The translations under genes and the position numbers were made by a program. A DNA stretch of 64,000 nucleotides from Candidatus Kaiserbacteria bacterium RIFCSPLOWO2_01_FULL_45_25 (GTDB taxonomy: Bacteria; Patescibacteriota; Minisyncoccia; Phycocordibacterales; UBA918). The stretch spans positions 6,672 to 70,671 of the forward strand of contig MFLT01000003.1 in assembly GCA_001781415.1 (NCBI GenBank), written 5' to 3'. Below are positions 57,096 to 64,000 of the stretch, piece by piece; position 1 is the stretch's first letter, and the number at the start of each line of letters is the position of its first letter. Below the pieces are notes generated by a model. That model was given only the letters and a program-made list of their open reading frames with translations. It made no database searches and had not been told where the DNA came from.

Positions 57096-58097
57096 ATGAA
57101 AGAACGATTTGAAACCACCTTAAAGGCAGTAGCCAAAGAAGAACTGACGGAGAATGATACTGATGCTATCGAAATGATTGAGCGCTTTGTCGATGCTGAA
57201 ACTATGGACCAAATTCGTCAGCTGCAATTAGGAAAACTAGATTTAGTTAACCAACTTAAAGAATGGCGAAAAAAGTTTTGGGAAGACGAGGAGGCGAAGG
57301 ATCACGAATCAGGGCTTGAGGATAGACCCGGTGCAAAAACTCTATATCTAAAAGATGGTGCATATCAGATATTCACCAATGGTGGAGAAACCATAACCCT
57401 CAGCAAGGGCGAAGTCATGAGCGCTAGCGAGTGGGGTTTTTGGTGGAAGTTTGATGATACCGTGCCGCGAGAAGACCAAACCGAAATCATGTCCAAGCAG
57501 GTGCGTAACTTAATTGCAGCCGAGTACGATAGGCAACTAATTGAATATGGATCTGTCGACACACTTTCGGATAATTATAAACGCGAAACATACCAAGCCA
57601 TTAAGGAGAAAAATCTTAACCTGGAGACTATGCCTTCAGGTATTCTGGCCGAAAAGATGATTACATCGCTTTTAATCAAACAAATGCATGATGACCCTTC
57701 CCTTTCATTTAGGATTAAAAGTGTTGATGTATATGAAGACGTTGAACACAAAATTGACTTCATTCTTGAATTAAAAGATTACACACGTGGCGTTAAGGTT
57801 GGAGAACCACACAGTTTTGGTATTCAATTCACACTGAACCCAGGCGCTACCGCCAAAAAAGAGCAGCAGATTGAGCGAGTAAAAAGAAACTCAATCCACG
57901 AGACAGAAGTTGATGACATCATGCTCATCACCATCCCCCTTAGTGATGTTAAGGAAAAATATGAATTGTGGGCCTCTGCCAAAAAAAGTAAGCGTGATCC
58001 TAGGGGTCCAGACAACCTCTGGTCGGAAGAGACCAAAAAAACTATTATTGAAGGACTACTAAAGCGAATTGAAGATTCACACCATCCATACGCCTAA
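57096..58097 (+). CDS. Hypothetical protein, possible PD-(D/E)xK-like C-terminal domain
   Basis: AEKM..EDVEHKIDF..GIQFT; the fold assignment is an inference. Confidence 0.6.
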   Translation: MKERFETTLKAVAKEELTENDTDAIEMIERFVDAETMDQIRQLQLGKLDLVNQLKEWRKKFWEDEEAKDHESGLEDRPGAKTLYLKDGAYQIFTNGGETITLSKGEVMSASEWGFWWKFDDTVPREDQTEIMSKQVRNLIAAEYDRQLIEYGSVDTLSDNYKRETYQAIKEKNLNLETMPSGILAEKMITSLLIKQMHDDPSLSFRIKSVDVYEDVEHKIDFILELKDYTRGVKVGEPHSFGIQFTLNPGATAKKEQQIERVKRNSIHETEVDDIMLITIPLSDVKEKYELWASAKKSKRDPRGPDNLWSEETKKTIIEGLLKRIEDSHHPYA

Positions 58098-58166
58098 CAA
58101 AAGCGCCGCCCCGATTGGGGCGGCGCTTTATAGACACTTCATCTCTTCTCTTGTATAGTTCGAGCC

Positions 58167-59330
58167 ATGATTCTACTCTCTATTGAGACCAGCTGCGACG
58201 AGACCGCTATTTCGATTGTCGAAATTGTTGGAGATTTCCCGAACGCCACATACAAGGTACTCGGCAACGCCCTCTTTTCTCAAATTGAAATTCATCGTGA
58301 GTTTGGTGGGGTTTTTCCTGCTATCGCCAAACGTGAGCATATCGCTACCATTCTCCCAATGCTCGAGAAAGCTCTCCACGAAAGTAACCTTCCACATGAA
58401 GCTGCCCCATACCTACCAGAAACTGCTACCCAAATTAAATCAATCCTGGACCGTGAGTTTGGCTTAGCTGACCAACTCCTACATTTTCATGAGCACTACG
58501 GTATTCCAACCATTGACGCTATCGCGGTTACAAGTGGCCCGGGCCTTGAGCCAGCCCTTTGGGTTGGAGTTAACTTTGCCAAAGCGATTGCGCACTTATG
58601 GAACGTACCAGTAGTACCAGTCGATCATATGGAAGGTCATGTTCTGGCCTCAATCTTTGATGGACATCACCTAGCCGAAGTACACTTTCCTTCAATCGCA
58701 CTACTAGTCTCCGGCGGGCACACCGAAATTATTTTGATGCCCGATTGGGGCAAATACCAAAAAATCGGACAAACCCGCGACGACGCCGTTGGTGAGGCTT
58801 TTGATAAAGTCGCTCGCCTACTTGGCCTCCCATATCCTGGTGGACCAGAGATTAGTAAAATGGCTGCTCATGCTAGAGAGGTCAACTTACCTGAATACCT
58901 CGCCCTCCCACGACCAATGATGCACTCCGGCGACCTGGACTTCTCTTTCTCTGGACTCAAGACGGCAGTGCGCTACGGCATCGAAGGCAAAACCCTCACT
59001 GAGGATGAGAAGTTTGCACTGGCGCGTGATTTTGAAAATGCCGCTATTGAAGTACTCATCCACAAATCGATAAAAGCTATAGAGCAACACTCGGCTCGAA
59101 GCTTTATCCTCGGAGGCGGAGTATCCGCGAACTCATATTTACGCAATGCCGCCCAAGGCCTCGCTACCCCACAGTCCTTCCCCGACCTCCAAGTATTTCT
59201 ACCAGAAAAGTCTCTTTCAACAGACAACAGTGTCATGATTGCACTCGCTGGCCACGCCCACTTAGTAGATGCAGAAACCCCAACCAACTTCATGAACACA
59301 GTCCGAGTAGACGGCAACCAATCCCTCTAA
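58167..59330 (+). CDS. tsaD: tRNA t6A biosynthesis protein TsaD
   Basis: IETSCDETA, GPGL, HMEGH, VSGGHT, DDAVGEAFDKVAR, TDNSVMIA. Confidence 0.97.
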   Translation: MILLSIETSCDETAISIVEIVGDFPNATYKVLGNALFSQIEIHREFGGVFPAIAKREHIATILPMLEKALHESNLPHEAAPYLPETATQIKSILDREFGLADQLLHFHEHYGIPTIDAIAVTSGPGLEPALWVGVNFAKAIAHLWNVPVVPVDHMEGHVLASIFDGHHLAEVHFPSIALLVSGGHTEIILMPDWGKYQKIGQTRDDAVGEAFDKVARLLGLPYPGGPEISKMAAHAREVNLPEYLALPRPMMHSGDLDFSFSGLKTAVRYGIEGKTLTEDEKFALARDFENAAIEVLIHKSIKAIEQHSARSFILGGGVSANSYLRNAAQGLATPQSFPDLQVFLPEKSLSTDNSVMIALAGHAHLVDAETPTNFMNTVRVDGNQSL

Positions 59331-59437
59331 GAGCCTATCCAAGACTTCAAATAAGGCTTATTTATGGTAGTATGGAAAAACTAACCTTTTTAGTTATGAG
59401 TTCAACCCGTTAGAAAGGCAAAATAATTTCACAACAT

Positions 59438-61654
59438 ATGGAAACAGAAAATACTAATCAAAATAAGAATCTTTCTAACGGGGCGAGCACACCACAAAAC
59501 AACCCAAACACCCCGGAACTCTTTAAGAGCCCGTACGACCCTCAAGCCCACGAAGCGACTATTTATAAGCTCTGGGAAGATTCAGGGTATTTTAATCCAG
59601 ACAACCTACCTGGTGACCGAACCGAACCCTTCACTATTGTGATGCCTCCACCAAACGCTAATGGCTCTCTCCATGCCGGTCATGCTCTTTTCGTGACCGT
59701 CGAGGATATCATGATGCGCTACGAGCGAATGAAGGGTAAAAAGACTTTGTGGATTCCTGGAGCTGACCACGCTGGCTTTGAGACACAAGTGGTGTACGAA
59801 AAGAAACTAGAAAAAGAGGGTCGCTCTCGCTTCCAAATGACTCGCGAAGAACTCTACGCTGAGATTCTTGAGTTTACTCTTTCCAATAAATCATTCATGG
59901 AGGGACAGATTCGTTCTCTTGGCGCTTCGTGTGATTGGTCACGTGGACTCTTCACACTCGATGAACGCGTAAAGACAATTGTATACAGTACTTTCAAACA
60001 ACTTGAAACTGACGGACTTCTCTATCGTGGCGCACGTTCAAGTAACTGGTGTCCAAAACACCAAACTTCTTTTTCAAACCTAGAAGTAGAACACGAGCAA
60101 AGAGTTGACCCATTTTATTATTTCCAATATGGACCATTTGTAATTGGTACCGCTCGTCCAGAAACTAAGTTTGGAGACAAGTATGTAGTGATGCACCCAG
60201 ACGACGCCCGTTACGCAGAATATACTCACGGCCAACAAATCGAACTTGAATGGATTAATGGTCCAATTACCGCCACTGTTATCAAGGATGAAGCTGGTGA
60301 CCCAGAAATGGGTACTGGTGTGATGACTATCACTCCATGGCATTCAGCTATCGACTTTGAAATCGCCAAGCGCCACAACCTAGACTACGAACAAATCATC
60401 GATTGGCGAGGCAAACTCCTCCCGATTGCGCAAGAGTTTGCTGGAATGGATATTCGTGACGCTCGCAAGAAGATTGTTGAGAAGCTAGATGCCAAAGGTT
60501 TACTCGTACGAATTGATGAAAAATACGAGCACGCCGTACCTTGTTGCTACAAGTGTAACCGTGAGATTGAACCACAAATTAAAGAGCAGTGGTTTGTAAA
60601 CATGAAGCCACTAGCCGAGAAAGCTCTAGCGGCACTAGATGAGGGTAAATTTACTTTTGTCACTGAGCGTGATGAACGTGTCTTCCGCCACTGGTTAACT
60701 AATATCGAAGATTGGCCAATTGCTCGCCAGATTGCTTGGGGTATTCCAATTCCGGCCAAAGTTTGTGTAGATTGCCACCACGGCATGGTAGATATTGATA
60801 ACACCATCACTACCTGTACCAAGTGCGGTGGTAAAGTTGAACAAGAACAAGACACGTTTGACACTTGGTTCTCTTCTGGTCAGTGGCCACTAGCCACTAC
60901 CGATTTTGGAGGCAAGAGTGATGACTTCAAAAACTTCTACCCGACTTCTGTCATGGAGACCGGTAAGGACATTCTTTTCTTCTGGGTGGCTCGTATGGTT
61001 ATGCTCGGTCTGTACTGTACTGGAGAAGTACCATTCAAGAAAATTTACCTGCACGGCATGGTCCGTGACAAACACGGCAAGAAGATGAGTAAGAGTAAAG
61101 GCAACGTAATCGCGCCAAGTGAAATTCAAGAGAAGTACGGCACCGACGCTCTACGCATGGGTCTTATGGTCAACAACGTACCTGGTACCGATATGAACCT
61201 AGACCCAGACAAGGTCAACGCCTACAAAAAGTTCGCCAACAAGCTCTGGAACATTACTCGCTTTGTTCTCGATAATACCGGAGATTACGTACCACCAGTT
61301 GAACATACTGAAGCTGATACAAAGTTTGAAAATGAATTTTTGCACCCGATGGTCGCCGAGATTAATGCTGACATGGAAAAAGACCGCTTTGACCTAGCTG
61401 CCGAAAAAATTTACCACTTTGTTTGGGACCATTTCGCAAGTCTGGTACTCGAGGAATCAAAACCTCTCTTGGCTGGCACACCAGCTGAGCGTGCTTCACG
61501 TCAACGTATGCTCCACCACTATCTTGTAACTTCACTCAAACTCCTCCACCCATTCATGCCGTTTGTGACCGAGACTATCTGGCAAGAACTACCAAAAACT
61601 ATGAAAGATACCGACCTCCTCATGGTTGCTAAGTGGCCTGAGAAACGGTCTTAA
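59438..61654 (+). CDS. valS: Valyl-tRNA synthetase (short form, no C-terminal coiled coil)
   Basis: PPPNANGSLHAGH, DTFDTWFSS, KMSKSKGN. Confidence 0.96.
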   Translation: METENTNQNKNLSNGASTPQNNPNTPELFKSPYDPQAHEATIYKLWEDSGYFNPDNLPGDRTEPFTIVMPPPNANGSLHAGHALFVTVEDIMMRYERMKGKKTLWIPGADHAGFETQVVYEKKLEKEGRSRFQMTREELYAEILEFTLSNKSFMEGQIRSLGASCDWSRGLFTLDERVKTIVYSTFKQLETDGLLYRGARSSNWCPKHQTSFSNLEVEHEQRVDPFYYFQYGPFVIGTARPETKFGDKYVVMHPDDARYAEYTHGQQIELEWINGPITATVIKDEAGDPEMGTGVMTITPWHSAIDFEIAKRHNLDYEQIIDWRGKLLPIAQEFAGMDIRDARKKIVEKLDAKGLLVRIDEKYEHAVPCCYKCNREIEPQIKEQWFVNMKPLAEKALAALDEGKFTFVTERDERVFRHWLTNIEDWPIARQIAWGIPIPAKVCVDCHHGMVDIDNTITTCTKCGGKVEQEQDTFDTWFSSGQWPLATTDFGGKSDDFKNFYPTSVMETGKDILFFWVARMVMLGLYCTGEVPFKKIYLHGMVRDKHGKKMSKSKGNVIAPSEIQEKYGTDALRMGLMVNNVPGTDMNLDPDKVNAYKKFANKLWNITRFVLDNTGDYVPPVEHTEADTKFENEFLHPMVAEINADMEKDRFDLAAEKIYHFVWDHFASLVLEESKPLLAGTPAERASRQRMLHHYLVTSLKLLHPFMPFVTETIWQELPKTMKDTDLLMVAKWPEKRS

Positions 61655-61715
61655 TCCCCGACCAACCAAAAAAGCCAACATCAGTTGAAGTCCTACCTGG
61701 TACAATGTACTAAGT

Positions 61716-62417
61716 ATGGCTTCAACTGATTTTGCTATTGCCTTCTTAGCGGGACTAATCCCGATACTCTTTTGGCTTTGGTTTTGGCTCCATGAAGACA
61801 GACAAAGGCCTGAACCAATTATCCTCATCATCATCACCTTTCTCGCTGGCATGATGGTTGTTCCTATAGCCCTCCCTCTTCAAAAAATGGCTATCGATCT
61901 CTACACTGGAAACAACGTGATGTTTGTCTGGGTCATCATAGAGGAAGTACTTAAGTACTCTGCGGCGTTAATAATCATCTTTTGGAACAAAGCAGTTGAT
62001 GAACCAATTGATTACATCATTTACCTCATCACTATTGCGCTCGGGTTTGCCGCGCTAGAAAATACGCTCTTTATGCTAAATCCCCTCTCAGCTGGAGACT
62101 ATGTAACCGTTGCAGTCACTGGCTCATTCCGCTTCTTAGGGGCTACACTGCTCCATGTGCTCGCTTCAGCGACCATTGGTGTATTTATTGCTTTTGCGTT
62201 TTATCGCAGTACAGCGGAAAAAGTGATGTTTGGCACCTTTGGGTTGTTCATTGCTATTTTATTGCATGCTTTGTTTAACTTTTTTATAATGGAAGCAAGT
62301 GGAGGAGGAATTCTAATCATCTTCCTCTTTGTCTGGATGGGAATAGTAGCCCTGTTCCTTTTATTCGAAAAAATAAAATTATTAGAAGTAACGAAGCGTC
62401 CACTCATCCGTAAATAA
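61716..62417 (+). CDS. PrsW-family intramembrane protease
   Basis: DRQRPEP, IEEVLK, GFAALEN, LLH, LLHALFN. Confidence 0.88.
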   Translation: MASTDFAIAFLAGLIPILFWLWFWLHEDRQRPEPIILIIITFLAGMMVVPIALPLQKMAIDLYTGNNVMFVWVIIEEVLKYSAALIIIFWNKAVDEPIDYIIYLITIALGFAALENTLFMLNPLSAGDYVTVAVTGSFRFLGATLLHVLASATIGVFIAFAFYRSTAEKVMFGTFGLFIAILLHALFNFFIMEASGGGILIIFLFVWMGIVALFLLFEKIKLLEVTKRPLIRK

Positions 62418-62423
62418 AACTTT

Positions 62424-62939
62424 ATGAAAAAACCATCATTTCTAGAACGACTCACCGGCTCAGTTCCAGCCCAAGATTACGATCGCATTCTCGATGAAGA
62501 GCATCGTTTTGGCGATGAGGTTGACCAAGAAACTGAAACTTTCACTGAAGATGAGGAGTGGGACGCTGATGCCCAGGGCGAACACACCCAACAAGAAGGA
62601 GAACTCCCAGTTGATATGTATCAAACCAATGACGCCATCATCATTAAGGCCTTGGTAGCAGGCGTGAGTCCAACAGACCTAGACATCTCAATCACTCGCG
62701 ACATGGTCACTATCCGTGGCGTTCGAGAAGAATACCAAGAAACCAACGACGACAACTATTTCCACCGCGAACTATTCTGGGGAGGATTCACTCGCACTCT
62801 CGTCCTACCAGAAGAAGTAGTAATTGATGAAGCTGAAGCCCAAGAGAAGCATGGACTACTCGAGATCCGTCTACCAAAACTAGATAAGCACCGCAGCACC
62901 CAACTCAAAGTCCGTTCCAATATCGTCGCTGGTAAATAA
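62424..62939 (+). CDS. Hsp20 small heat-shock protein
   Basis: PVDMYQT, VTIRG, ELFWGGFTRTLVLP, GLLEIRLPK. Confidence 0.9.
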   Translation: MKKPSFLERLTGSVPAQDYDRILDEEHRFGDEVDQETETFTEDEEWDADAQGEHTQQEGELPVDMYQTNDAIIIKALVAGVSPTDLDISITRDMVTIRGVREEYQETNDDNYFHRELFWGGFTRTLVLPEEVVIDEAEAQEKHGLLEIRLPKLDKHRSTQLKVRSNIVAGK

Positions 62940-62986
62940 AAAAGAATATGAAAACGAGCTGCACAGGCAGCTCGTTTTTTTGCATC

Positions 62987-63301
62987 TCACACCGAAGCGC
63001 TCGAGAAGTAAAACTTTCCACGCCAGAAGCGGACCAACACGTGATCTTTTTGCTTAAACATTGAAGTCCTAACGTCCCGCAGAACTAACCGGTTCTGCTC
63101 AGCCACACAGATGAGTACTGATCCGATATCGACATGGTGGACTTCTACAGCCCGCAGAGTGTCGTTACGCACCAAAATGAGCTTGGCGTTGGTATGTTTG
63201 GAGAACTTCTCCACACTCAAGAGTTGGTAGTCTGGAATAGGAACCGAGGTTAGCTTGGAGCAGTTAAAGACCAAGAACAGAAGAACTGTGAATGCTTTCA
63301 T
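62987..63301 (-). CDS. Small exported hypothetical protein (paralog of 63312-63617)
   Basis: AGGAGG SD; MKA signal; DYQLLS..DIGSVLIC..KFYF. Confidence 0.6.
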   Translation of the reverse strand: MKAFTVLLFLVFNCSKLTSVPIPDYQLLSVEKFSKHTNAKLILVRNDTLRAVEVHHVDIGSVLICVAEQNRLVLRDVRTSMFKQKDHVLVRFWRGKFYFSSASV

Positions 63302-63311
63302 AACAAGCCTC

Positions 63312-63617
63312 CTATTCTGGAAACCAAAAACGCGACTGACCAGCGGCACAATAGACAAGGCCGCCGTTAACCGCCAAATGAAGTACGGCTTTGGTCACCA
63401 CCCCATCATGAATTATGCGACCAGAAGCCATACGACAAGCCATCACAGCCCCGAGGTCATTTGGGTAGAGCTGTACTGGATAACGTGGAAAATTTGGTAG
63501 AACAATCACATCCTTGCTGAGAAGTTCCCAATCACTAAAAATTAATTTGTTGTGATCAATTTTGGCCTGCACCGGGAGCGCGACTAGCGCCAACGAAATC
63601 AACAGTTGTGCTTTCAT
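63312..63617 (-). CDS. Small exported hypothetical protein
   Basis: GGAGG SD; MKA signal; DWELLS..DLGAVMAC..RFWF. Confidence 0.6.
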   Translation of the reverse strand: MKAQLLISLALVALPVQAKIDHNKLIFSDWELLSKDVIVLPNFPRYPVQLYPNDLGAVMACRMASGRIIHDGVVTKAVLHLAVNGGLVYCAAGQSRFWFPE

Positions 63618-63762
63618 GGTTACACCTCCAGGTTTGACGATAAACAATAGAACTTTGAGACTAGGCTAATTATAGAAGCATTGTGGTGATTGTAAACACA
63701 TCCGGATGTCTATCCTCGGGCTAGGGCCGCGAGTACAGCCAACCGGAACCAGGTGTGTTGGC

Positions 63763-64000
63763 GGCGTGCTCGACCCAGAATAGCGGCTACTTTACGGCAC
63801 TTCGTACCGTAAAGTAGACTCGCTTTCTTGGTCGGCTCCTCCTTGTTTTGTTCGCTAGAAAGCTCACAAAACGTCGTCCGGAGCTTCGAGCCCGCCCCCA
63901 AGCTACAAACAGAAACGGCGGAAACACTTTCGTGTTTCCGCCGTCTGTTTGGCGGGCTGATCCTGCGGTCACCAACGTACTTTGCTCCAAGTATTCGCAA
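63763..64000 (-). repeat. Fold-back array on minus strand (core variant C), continues beyond window
   Basis: Reverse complement GGCGGGCTCGAA-GCTCCGGACGA..AGGAGGAGCCGACCAAGAA..ATTCTGGG-TCGAGCACGCC matches the 26122-26232 core. Confidence 0.8.

Noticed and set aside
1-64000. UGA recoding (code 25 or 4) as in Gracilibacteria/Absconditabacteria
   Set aside because: Core genes are full length under code 11, with TGG Trp codons and no in-frame TGA.

Overview
This is a chromosomal segment of a small-genome bacterium, most likely Patescibacteria/CPR (Parcubacteria-like). That assignment is an inference from the short IF2, ValS and Rel, the clustered TrbC/VirB2-like pilins, the degenerate HisS-like gene and the mostly SD-less core genes. 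The genetic code is standard (11). Core genes include topA (partial), rel, parB, miaA, rarA, clpB, iscS, infB, rbfA, trhO, gyrA, rpsA, pth, lepB, ybeY, ftsA, ftsZ, trxB, glmS, tsaD and valS. They are interspersed with 9 intact tRNA genes and many stand-alone orphan gene cassettes. The most striking unexplained signal is non-coding. Seven tRNA genes are followed by a fold-back array: hairpin, then an INVERTED copy of that tRNA's own 3' end (usually interrupted by a 25-nt 9-4-9 hairpin), then a conserved structured core rich in C-GNA-G triloops and tandem G.A pairs, then usually a DIRECT tRNA copy restarting at T-loop C56. A second covarying intergenic repeat family (5 copies) uses the same ssDNA-like vocabulary. 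Other oddities are a tRNA-Tyr 5' copy with a 92-nt structured anticodon insertion, an HNH remnant running into tRNA-Leu, a promoter/terminator-repeat cassette array, a 54-bp inverted repeat bracketing cargo at tRNA-Val, and a tRNA-Trp with a 4-bp anticodon stem. No transposase, integrase or CRISPR array is present in the window. All calls are by eye; no searches were run.
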